A program made the translations under genes and the position numbers. Below are positions 1 to 10,794 of a stretch of DNA of 64,000 bases, one piece after another (positions within the stretch are counted from its first letter, which is position 1; the number at the start of each line of letters is the position of its first letter). The notes under the pieces are model-generated. The model saw only the letters and a list, made by a program, of their open reading frames with translations. It made no database searches and was not told the origin of the DNA. Origin of the DNA: Zancudomyces culisetae HAW-14-8 (lineage: Eukaryota; Fungi; Kickxellomycota); the NCBI GenBank assembly GCA_052426225.1, contig JBNJNM010000010.1, forward strand, positions 1,178,001 to 1,242,000, read 5' to 3'.

Positions 1-1979
1 AATTAAGCCATACCCATCTAGCGAAAGCTTTAGAACAGAAACGGGTGCTTTATGTCGCTTTAATGTCTGTAGCCTTCTACCCTCGTCGTGTCTGGTTGAC
101 CAAAACCCTATATTTCCGCTCTAGAAAACAAATATCCCACGTTTACTCTCATTTGATGTCAAAATAACGCACCATTAACTGTCGAGCTATACTGAAATGG
201 TATCCTTCAGTCTTGCGAATCGCGTTCTTGGTTGGTATATATAATATAATGGTTACCTTCATACCTGAAACCAACCATAGACCCTCTGGCTCTACATCCA
301 TACTGTAAACAGGTGAAATATAATCCAAGTCTTTCCCACCAAGAGTATCTAGTTTAAATAGGTCATACATGGTCAAATCCAGCCTCAAATACTATCATAA
401 TGCATGGCTTTTGTTTTATAACCTTAAACCCCCTCATCGGATAGCTATTAATTATTCTCACTTACTCTCATCTTCATGGTAAAAATACGAAACCATTACT
501 CCTGACTACAAGTTAGTGTTTCATTATACATTTATGTTAGTAATATTCTATCCGCATCATATATAATGAATATAGTTACCAATGGCATGTTTATATATAT
601 AAAATGAAAACCACAAGAATAAAAAAATGAAATTAAAAAAGCAGGAAAGCTACCTTTGTTACAGTTTCTACCATTTGGTGCCGTTGCCATTGTGTCAGCA
701 TAGTCTTTCCATTCATTGATGCAAAAAAATCCCATTTATATACATACCCATCAGCCCCTCCTGTAAAAACCCATCTCATGTCTCTTGTCGCCGTAACCGA
801 GTAAATCTGATGGTTTGATATCACTGAAACCTATAAATTTGCAAAAATTATCGCTTATTTATTTTGCCTTTTCCATACTACTATATGTATATAGGTCTAG
901 ATTAGTGTTTCAGAGTTAATTGTGGTAGTATCTGTGAATAGGAACTTACATATGGAATAATATCATAACTTTTACACTCCCTAAACTTCCTTAACGGCAT
1001 TATTCTCTTTCGTGGTGGAAAATCAAGCATGGTTATTTTACTATATTGGTCAACCGTATATATCGGACTTTTCTTCTCTTCGGAAAGTAGCTTTGTTTCT
1101 TTATTCTGAAGTCCATCTTCGACCATTCCGTTAGTTAACTCTTCTTCCTCTTCTTCTTCCTCCTCCTCCTCTTCTTCTTCTTCCTCTCCCTCCTCTTCCT
1201 TTTCGCTATCCTCCACGCCTTTCTGTCGTTTGATCCCAGAGATCTCTGATCTTGATTTCTTAAGTTTATTTTCTATCTCTACTGAACCTATATTTAGAGC
1301 GGTTTTTTGTCCAGTATGATGATTTTTCTTAATAAATATTAAAATTATAGATTAATAGCATCAAAAATAACCCACCTTCCTCGGATTTTCCCCTCTTATT
1401 AGAATTATTTGCTTTTGCTAGAGTTTCTTTATCTGTTAGTAACATATTTTGCGACACATTCTCCTCGTTAGTATTCACGGTCCTGTTATTTTCTCCTTTG
1501 TATAAGGCCAATTCCACTCGTGGGGGATTAATCCGTTCTGTTTGAATCTCACTTTCATCTTGCTCCTTTTCCAACTTTTTAACGCCCATTGTACCACCGA
1601 TCCTGTCTCCGGCATTCATGCTTTCCTCGCTCTTTGATGTTTTTTCTTGAGAGACCCCTCCTATGCTTACTGCAGGCTCCCTCTGCTTTTTCTTTTCCTC
1701 ATGTAAATTATCTTGAAAAAAGCTAGAAATCACACCCTCACTGTTTTGTTCCTCTTGCTTCATACCCTCTTCCATTCCCATATCATTTCCCTCCTCCTCC
1801 TCCTCCTCCTCCACGTCCTCCTCCTCCTCTTTCTTTGGTGATTCCGAGCCAAACAAATTTGCAGAATCGAGCTCCCTTTGTTCTTCTTCTTCCGCCTCCT
1901 CATCCTCGCTGCTATCAGCTCCGCTGCTGCCGAAAAATTGTTTTTCTAAAATATCGTCATCCGATAGATTTTCGGCCAT
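1..1979 (-). CDS. SPT8: SAGA complex WD40 subunit Spt8, multi-exon, runs off the left edge. Hand-spliced exons approx. 1979-1376, 1287-950, 830-654, 505-466, 348-257, 120-<1
   Basis: Acidic N-terminus. Spliced peptides match Spt8 motifs: IYSVTATRDMRWVFTGGADGYVYKWDFFASMNGKTMLTQWQRH, GVMVSYFYHED, SPVYSMDVEPEGLWLVSG, GNIGFWSTRHDEGRRLQTLKRHKAPVSVL. GT..AG introns keep the frame. Confidence 0.88.
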
Positions 1980-2698
1980 CTTCCCTTGTTTTCTCGCCTA
2001 TCTATATGTATTTCTAATACCTTTAACTAAATTTAGTTTGTTAAACTAGAATGGATCAATTGAAAAGCTATACGAGCAAGGATTTTATTTACTCCTAAAC
2101 CAAACACGTGAATTTTGTAGACATGTCGCGCGCAAAATTCTAATCCCATCCACCCAATTGCAAACGAATAGATGTTGCATTTCAATGTAAAAAGAAAAAA
2201 AACATATCTACTATCTATTTTTTATTCGAGTGATTGGTGGGTTTGAATGGTTTGGAACACCCCTCCAGTACCTCAACATCTATTTTTTTTTTCTTTACCC
2301 TGATCTTTAGTATATAAGCTCCAAACAAAAATGACCAACAAAAAAAGAAAACCAGAAATTTTCAAGTAAAACAAAATACCATCAGCTTATCCCCCCTTCA
2401 ACCACCTCTAACGTACTATATCTACCCAAATCGAATCTACTGTCTTTGTATACCAAGAGTAAAACACTTTCCATTAAAAACATATTTTCAGACTGATAAG
2501 GTAGACATATCAACATTGCATATATACATGGTAATGAACATCCTGTATTTGAAAGCGGGGCGTGTATACATATCGAAAAAAAAATAATTTACTAGGGCAA
2601 AAACGCAATTAACTTGAAACATCAAACATACAATGAAATCTGCGCAAATTGACAATAAAAAAAAACAGGAACTATTGATCATCCAAAAGACCTGTAAT

Positions 2699-4937
2699 TC
2701 ACAGTAAAACAGCCGAGAGTAAGGGGGTGTTGGAGATTACTTTGGCTATACCATCGCTTGACATTGCTAGCTTGATAGTGTTGTTTCCGTTAGATACCAA
2801 TGAGCCTGCCATACTCATATTCATAAAGCTTTTAGCTATAGAAATCCTCCTAGAGGTTTTGGCCGAAGCTTGCTCAATAGTTACAACTCCGATAGACTCC
2901 AACAAACTCACCAAATCGTTGAATTCCGTGCGCATCAGGGGGCTCGGAAGATTTATCTCGTGGCATGTCCTTGAATACAGCTCATATAAATAGTTAAGCG
3001 AAAGGGTGCAAGTCGCACTCAAACTAGTCGCGATGGAAAGATTTCCTCCATACGATCTACTTTTCGTCAAAGTATTGTTTCTTATGCCCAGTTGGCTTTT
3101 GACATTTTTCTGAAAGTTTATTATTGATGCCAAAACAATCTTTTGCTGGAAATTTAAACCAAGCAAAACGTTGTCGGTAGACGTACCATAAAGGTTCGAA
3201 AGAGCCTTCATCATATGCACAACAGTAACCTGGCGCGGGGTTTTTTTACCATCGTTTAGCAAAGACTTTCTCTTCAGCTCCTGTTTGAACCCATCAATTG
3301 CCAATTTGCAAGCATCTAGTGCTTTTCGCATATCACCAGACCCTGAGGCCACCTTTCTAGCACAGAGTTCAAGAGCTGACTGTTGAATTGTAATATCTGG
3401 TTGTGGCAACTCGCCACTTTTACACACACTTGTAGGCTCTTTGATCAAGTCACGTAATATTTCTCTAGAAGAATCTACACCGATTGATGATTTAGGAGTA
3501 GTATTTTTATCAGGGCCCTCTTCCCTAGAATCTTTATATAGCAATTCTACTCGATTCTTCAAAACTACAACAATTTCTTCAACCGTGTAAGGCGTAAAGT
3601 GTAACAAATCTGGAACACAATTCCTTGTTTGCAGTCTTGGCAACAATCTATCAGTTAAATCTAGCGAGTTTGCTATTCCAATAAGCAGAAGGTTTGAATC
3701 GTGACGCATTGCCCATTCAAACAAAAGATACACCTCAGTTGGTGTCCTAGTTACTATGTTATCTAGCTCGTCTAGCACAACTATATTTAAAAAATCTCTC
3801 GAGTTTCCTATGAACATATCCTCAAGCTTTGCTTTTAGATCGCTTTCGGTTGTGTTTTCCAAATTATTCCATTTAATTAGCTTTTTCCCAATACTTTGCT
3901 TCATTCCTTTCTTGGACCTACTCAGGCCATAGTAATTTAGGTTTTGACTTGTAGCAAGGCCTTCGTATATTTTTAAAAACACCTGTTTTGGGGTTTGAAT
4001 AGACATGCAGTTTACAACAGCAATGTTAGCCTTCCCTTTCCCGCTCAACCCGTTTATAGTGCTCATTACACTTGCAGTTTTCCCTGTTCCCGGATTTCCA
4101 GAGATGTAAAGGCTTCCCCCCTTCATTTCTTCCATGGATAAGGTTACCATCTCCAGAATCTTTTTTCGTTCGTCTTCCCTTCCTATAACTTCAAACTCAG
4201 CTCCTCCCTTCCCAAAGGCTGTTGAGGTCTTTTCCAATTCTTGCTTCTTACGGATGGGTGATACCTCATTCACAAGATTGCTTGCCTTCACACGAGTTTT
4301 TTTCTCACTCATAGTGACTTTTGCCTTGTCATTTAATACTGTCAATTCTTTAAGATTTTGTACAGAGACAGCGCTCCTGTTTTTCAAGCTTCTTGATCTA
4401 GTAGAATATCTATGAGAATATTCTACGTGTTTGTTTTGTACAGCTGTGCAACCACCCTTTGTATCATTTGAGGTGCTAATTGGTGACAAGAATGAATCTT
4501 TATCCTTGGGAAGAAGAGTTGTTCCTCCGTTATTGTAACCAATTTTGTTGTCTTTTTGGGAGCTACCCTCTATCAATTTTCTCAGTTCTCTCATACTTTC
4601 TTCGGAGGGTGTATTCACGTTCCTTTTTAATGCTTCGTTAATGTAACCCATGGACTTTGAACCTTTCAACTCCTTGCTTGTAACGTTAGTCGCAGCCTCC
4701 TTTTCATTTCCTCCCAATTTTTGGTTGAGCCTTGAATCTGTTCCATTTGTAGTTAAAAGAAATGAGCGTTAATTTGGTAAATTTTAATGAAAAAAATAAA
4801 GTAGTAGTAGATACAAGCCTACACAACATACCTTTGACTACACTGAATACTGTTTTAAGTGTTCTGCCTCTTGTTGCTTTAGGACTTTCATTCTCTACCG
4901 TAACAAAGACTAGGCTTTTTTTTCGCCGCGTGGTCAT
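2699..4937 (-). CDS. CDC6: Replication licensing AAA+ ATPase Cdc6/Cdc18. Exon 1 4937-4832, intron 4831-4738, exon 2 4737-2699
   Basis: Walker A GNPGTGKT, Walker B IVVLDELD, IGIANSLDLTDRLLPRL, ASGSGDMRKALDAC and a C-terminal winged-helix region. The GTATGT...CAG intron joins the 4937 ATG exon in frame. Confidence 0.93.
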
Positions 4938-7900
4938 TTGCTTGATTCCATCAATTATAGTTTCAATCTCTATGTATTGATAAACATATGGTATGATTAT
5001 TATACTTTAATGCTGTGTTAAAAAATGCGCCTTGCACAAGCAAGGCAAAGCACATTTCATGAAAAAAAAAACAGCCTTAGAGGGCAAGGATGTATATACA
5101 TATGCGTAGCTACTTACCAGTACCCGTGCCTTCCTCGATTCTTTTTCTTTTTAACACCGCTTCCATGATGGCTTACTATTGAATATTTTGATTTTAGCCG
5201 TTTTATAAGACGAGTATTTGATCGTTCTACTGCGTTTTAGTGGTGGGAGTAATAACAACAAAACTCTAGACCCAGAGGGATGCGTGTTATTCACGTATGA
5301 ATTATTTTCTTTTATATGATATGTTATTCTTAAACTCAAAGTAGCTAACTTTTTATCTTGGATTGTGGTATTTATATTTATTAGTAAAACTTGAAAGCTA
5401 TGAAAAAACACTTTACCCTTCACCAACTCAACGCGTAAACAATAACTCAGCAATCCACATTTTCTTGCATTATGCGACTTGCCCAATTTTCAAAACGTAA
5501 ACAAAGATGTATTTCTTCGTGTACTATTGGCCAAGAATATTTATTTTAAATTCCGTTTTTCAGACACAAAGCATAAAATCGTTGCGAAATAGGTAATAAC
5601 TTTTGACTAGGATAAATGATTGCAGCTTACAAAGAAAACAAAACGACCTTAACCAATTCATTCCCGCTTTACTTTTCAGATTAGGAAATGTAGATAAAAT
5701 ATCGAATATAGTACTATTTGTGTTAATAAAACAATAAACAATAAAATAGTGTATTTTTTACAGAAATATATTGCTAATTAGTTGGAAAAAACAGGTCAAC
5801 TAAAAGTAACTAAGAATGACTGCGTAAATTATAGTTTTTCTGCATACTCATAGCAAATAAAAATACCTATACACGACAACTTTCCTAGAGGTTAATAAAT
5901 GTTCAAGTATAAACTTGCCACCCAATTCCAATGCGTATATCCACCAGACATCACCCTCCCCCAACGATGCCCTTAGTAATAACTCACTTATGAGATGGCT
6001 TTAAACGCTTTGAACTTATTGAATCAGATCTAGCATTTAGCTTATATTTTTAGCCTTGAGTTATCCTTATGGTCAATTAAAGTAGCCATGTGGCAGAAAT
6101 AACTTGGAAGACACACCCATGGCTTCTTGTAGTATCAACTCGTTTAGAAAAGATGACCAGCTTATCTTGTCCGCCACTAACAAGGTTTTTGCCTTAAAGA
6201 ACCGCAAAACATTCTGTATTTAACTGCAGGATTCCCAATTCAAGCCTGAATAGTAAGACTGCTTAGTACTAAACTAAGCTTGGTGGTGTTTCAGAAGCTT
6301 AGTTACGCAACGGATATTGACTGAGTGTCTCTAATACTGGGGATAGCGGTTTTATTTATTGAAAAGGTATGACTATTAAATATGTGGTTTGGAAACTGTG
6401 AGGATAGTGGCAGTAATTGTGGCAGTAATTGTGGTAGTATTAACCATGATATTAGCAGTAACGACTCTGATGACAGAAAAGGAAATTATGGCGTATTAAA
6501 CAAATGTTTATTCTCCACCAAGTTTTCAACATCGTTCTAAGAACAGTGAGATTGTGGATATATGCGTTCCTTTGAAAGAGGTCTTGACTATTGTTTTATT
6601 TTTACTCTGCAAAATACATAGAAATGCATGTTGATATTTGTGTTGTACACTTTTTTTGGCGATGTGCTACTAACTAACATCATAATCTCTCTTCCCATCC
6701 CAAGACACTTATAAACATAATAAAATAAACGCTGATAAGCAGAAAATTAACTCGACTCCACATATAAATTTGTTAGCACCAAAGTCATATTTTACAAGTT
6801 TGCTAGCTAGATTAGCAATACAAAAATAAAACGTGAGGACAACATCCGTTAACGTAATACTGGGTGTAACGAACATATAAAGCTTTTTCTGTTTACTTCT
6901 AAAAGGCCTAATAAATATGAATTGCTTGATAAAATTAATGACTGGCAACAATATATTTAACTATTGGTTGAATCTCCTACTAACAAAAGCCATTTATAGA
7001 AAATCAAAAATACGCTCTGTAGTTGTGAACTTGCAGGATGATATAATAAATGTTTATGTTATGTATATGTGTGCCTTGTGGCTAAGGCATGGTTATAGAT
7101 TGTATTAGCTATTAATTTGTATAAGTGTTAGGTATTAAAAAGTAATAATATAACTTTAAAAAGACAACACACATCTGCTTGAAGGGTGGACAAAGCCCCT
7201 GGGAAAGTCGACTTTATCGAAAAATTCGCATTTACCAAAATTTCATAAGATTCTTCTAGAGACTCTGTCTAGATAATTATACATCCCGGGTATAGTAGCT
7301 ATGTACTACAAAAACGTAGCTGTCGGATACTAAGGCTAGGCTTTAAAGGTAATGCGTTGGGTAGTTAAAGTAGTAAGAACAACTCAACTCTGTGTAGTAA
7401 ACCGTGCTATTTACACTTAGCTCACAAAATTTTTATGTGGGTGAAAAACATTCTGGTTAACTAGGATAATGAGGCTTATTAGCTAAAGTTCAAGTATTCC
7501 ACACAAAGCTTTGGGTTATGGATACTCGAATTTGGTAGGCTTGGCAGATCAATTTGAAAAAAAGCCACCATTAAGGTTCCTCTTTAAATATAGAAACGGG
7601 TTCATATTAAAGTCAACAACAACACATTAAATTACAAAAGTATGATACCAAATCATATCAAAAGCCAAGGTGTAGAATGATCATTCCAACAACCTGGTGC
7701 AGGATATTTAGCCAAAGTTTATTAAAAAAATCCGTGATACAGATATCACTACCTTGCTTAATTATGAGTGAATATTGTATTGTGTAGCAAAGTCATCTCT
7801 AGCGTACAATTTTATCTGTGCGGTTTCCAATTCTTCACTATAGAAATTATTTATTTCTTAATTGTAAGACAAGGCTAGTGATAAAAAAGGCATTAGCCCC

Positions 7901-8805
7901 AAAATTAAGTGTAGCGTGTACAATAAAATTTAATGAGCTACTTCATTTCTCAAAAATATGTTCACTCAATAAAACTCGCACAAAAAACTCAAAGGCTCCC
8001 TTTAGTTGAAACTATTTGAGATAGGAAATACATTAAATTGACAAAAAATTTGTACACAAATTGCATTCATTTGTTCATGACCCTGGTAAGCCTCAATTCC
8101 CACAAATTGAAACAAAACTCCGGATCACACACAACTACATTTTGGTTACCGCAATTCTCATGCCCTCTCCCCGCCCCCTCCCCTCCCAGCCGTGTGGAAC
8201 GACAAATACGTTTAAGAGTATTTTCGGTCGTCAGGTCAATACACTCTTGTTGATTATCATCAATATCCGCTGTCTTTTTTAATCGAATTTGTGTATTATC
8301 TATGTATTTGTACTTATGAACTACCCACGCACTTGTATTCATTTGCGTACTAATTATGGGTTTGTGTTTGTGTTTGTGTTTGTGCTACTATTCTTATATT
8401 TGTATTCTTGTACTACTTGTGAATTTGTGCTTGTGCCATTACAGCCTCGCTTGAAGACAACTTTGAAAATAAAATAAAACAATTTATTATTTAGGCTAAT
8501 GTGTGTATACAAATAGATGGTGGGTAAATCAAAGCAAACGCACGAGAAAGTGTGTATACAACCTCGATGGCCATCAACCAAAAAACAACTAATCCAAACT
8601 TTGAACACAAAGTATTTTATACCCATAAATATATATTTAAATACCCACTGTAGTATCCCAATTATTAGATTTCATATACAAACTTATCTTTTCTACTTTG
8701 CGTGTAGATATATTGGAATTGATTTTACTTTTGTTTTGCTAATACCCATACTTGCAAGGCCCATACAGGCAAATTGTGGAGACATTACCATATATTTTAA
8801 CAACA

Positions 8806-9498
8806 ATGACAGTATTAAAACAGTCAGTCACAAACTTAACTATGGCTGTATTGCTGTATGCCAGCTATGCACTCGGTACACAAAGTTTGGGTAGAGCTAG
8901 CGGTGAACATGATTTTGGGGTGGTGGTACAAAAGCACAACGTCCGTGATGTGGGGAATAGTGATTACAGTCCGCAATTACTGTCACAACAAGAGCCGGTA
9001 TCATCACAGTCCCAATACAACACGCAAGTTGTTGGAACTGGATCTAGCAGCTACAATTCACAGTCAACGGCACCACAGCTTCAATATACAACCGGTTCTG
9101 GATACGGACAGTATACAAACATATGGTGTGGTACGGGGCCTACAATAATTACAAAAACATTTACTGATATCATTTCTCTAGTAGAGTCATCAACAAATAG
9201 TTTGGTATTGACTGAAATATTTACAGAAACGTGTCTGCAAACAACATCAGTAACTACAACCGTAACTTCTATAGTAGTAATACCTGTATCGCCTACAGAT
9301 ATACCCAGTCAACCCAATGGAACCAATACCAGCGGAACCAATACCAGCGGAACCAATACAAGCGATTCTCAGACATCAAACACAGATTTAAAAAACGTTT
9401 CTATTGAAAAGCTAGAAATAAATAGTATTAGTGTAAACAAAGTTAACGTTGGAGATAAGACAACCGCATCCGATACACAAAGTGCATCCACCAGCTAA
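8806..9498 (+). CDS. Putative secreted Ser/Thr-rich glycoprotein of unknown function (about 230 aa)
   Basis: ATG at 8806 is in frame with the listed ORF. Hydrophobic N-terminal stretch (LTMAVLLYASYALG), Ser/Thr/Gln-rich body, (GTNTS)x3 repeat, two Cys. No family recognised. Confidence 0.65.
   Translation: MTVLKQSVTNLTMAVLLYASYALGTQSLGRASGEHDFGVVVQKHNVRDVGNSDYSPQLLSQQEPVSSQSQYNTQVVGTGSSSYNSQSTAPQLQYTTGSGYGQYTNIWCGTGPTIITKTFTDIISLVESSTNSLVLTEIFTETCLQTTSVTTTVTSIVVIPVSPTDIPSQPNGTNTSGTNTSGTNTSDSQTSNTDLKNVSIEKLEINSISVNKVNVGDKTTASDTQSASTS
9319..9363 (+). repeat. 15-bp coding tandem repeat x3 (GGAACCAATACCAGC, encoding GTNTS)
   Basis: Read directly. The third copy has one substitution. Confidence 0.9.
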
Positions 9499-10215
9499 AT
9501 TCCGCAAATAATATAGGATAGAACCCTAAAGGAGATGTGCTTCAGCAGATATTAATAATTTCTTAAAACCTCAGATGCAAAATTTAAAATTTCTACACAA
9601 AAAAAACCATTCAATAATACCAATTTTTTTGACTTTAAAGCTTCAAGCTCATGGACTTAGTATCTTTAATAATTTTTTTCTTTCTATATTCATTCAATAA
9701 TTAAATAGCCATTTATGTCAATAAAATTCAAATAATAACTCCTATATCTCCGAACGCTAGAATTGATGCCTTAAAAGATAGTCCTTAAAATTATATTATT
9801 AAATCTTGTATTTTTATTTATCCTAGTATTATATTATTCATTATGTTATTGAACCTTGTAAAAAAGTTTAATTTCAAAATATTTAGCTCATTATGAATTA
9901 TTTGTAGATTGTTTAATACTTTAGCAGGTAGTAGAAAAAACCACTATTACAGTATTATTAAAAAGTTGACTTTTTTATATCACATGTCAAAATTTGTTAA
10001 ATAATGTCATAAATACGTAGATTTAGCATCAATCAATCTGCTCTTCGGTTAAAGTAATATCAATAAACAATTAGAAAATCAATAAGATATATAGAATTAT
10101 AGAAAACAGCTATATTTATTACTATAACTACTATGTTATAAAATAAACGGTCTTATTGTATTAAAAGTAAAATTAATAACCTAAAAATTATAACTAAAAA
10201 AACTGAAATTTAAAG

Positions 10216-10224
10216 TATATATAA
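10216..10224 (+). promoter_or_regulatory. Putative original TATA element of the tRNA-Asn gene, displaced by the retrotransposon
   Basis: TATATATAA lies at about -37..-29 from the mature tRNA start once the element and one 5-bp TSD copy are removed. The AT-rich background lowers specificity. Confidence 0.45.
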
Positions 10225-10249
10225 CACAAAATTAAAAATTCAGAAAAAA

Positions 10250-10712
10250 TGTCATATAGTGACATGAACCCTTGGTGATAAACTAATATTATATGTTTAT
10301 CATCAAGTGAAATAATTAAATTATTAATATACTTTTAGTTTTAGTTTTTTTAGTATTCAATGAAACTGATTCATTGATGTTTTTTCTAAGAGTATTAGTT
10401 TATTACTCAATTAAATTGTTTCAGTATTAGTTTATTTAGTTAGTATTAGTTCAATAGTTAGTTATTAGTATATTTATAATACTAGGAAAAGTATTTAAAG
10501 GGTTAGTTATTGCATAAGGAAATAAATATCATTCTATCATACAAGCTTTATAGTGGTAAATAAATAGTTATGATCAACTACAGATGTTTATATTAAGTTT
10601 ATAATAGTTTCAACTAAGTTTATAATTTATAACAATAATTATACGATACATATTATACATATATAAATAAGAAAAATATAAATAATTATAAGTAAAATTT
10701 AATTATACAACA
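10250..10712 (+). repeat. 5' LTR (463 bp)
   Basis: TGTCATATAG...ATACAACA. Matches 15190-15652 except T10627 vs A15567. Confidence 0.97.
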
Positions 10713-10713
10713 G

Positions 10714-10731
10714 TGGCGCTCCCAGCTAGGC
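10714..10731 (+). other. Primer-binding site complementary to the 3' 18 nt of tRNA-Asn(GTT), including CCA
   Basis: TGGCGCTCCCAGCTAGGC is the reverse complement of GCCTAGCTGGGAGCG (15720-15734) plus CCA. It starts 1 nt after the LTR end. Confidence 0.97.
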
Positions 10732-10794
10732 ATATACCTAGAGATATTAACAAGAAGATATATATATTCAAAAATAAGTCAATAAGAGTACAAA

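Noticed and set aside
121-256. SPT8 intron as a possible snoRNA host
   Set aside because: No canonical C/D or H/ACA box arrangement visible.
5431-5436. ACGCGT (MCB box) about 500 bp upstream of CDC6
   Set aside because: Single copy. The same hexamer occurs upstream of non-cell-cycle genes (26857, 35781).
5000-8750. Short ORFs and small hairpins in the long CDC6-upstream spacer, e.g. a 52-codon ORF at about 6382-6540 and the AACTAAGCTT inverted repeat at 6272-6304
   Set aside because: No recognisable protein or RNA family motifs. Consistent with chance in AT-rich DNA.
9500-10249. Very AT-rich stretch with several TGTCA words, possibly a decayed solo LTR
   Set aside because: No alignable similarity to the LTR beyond 5-7 bp by eye.
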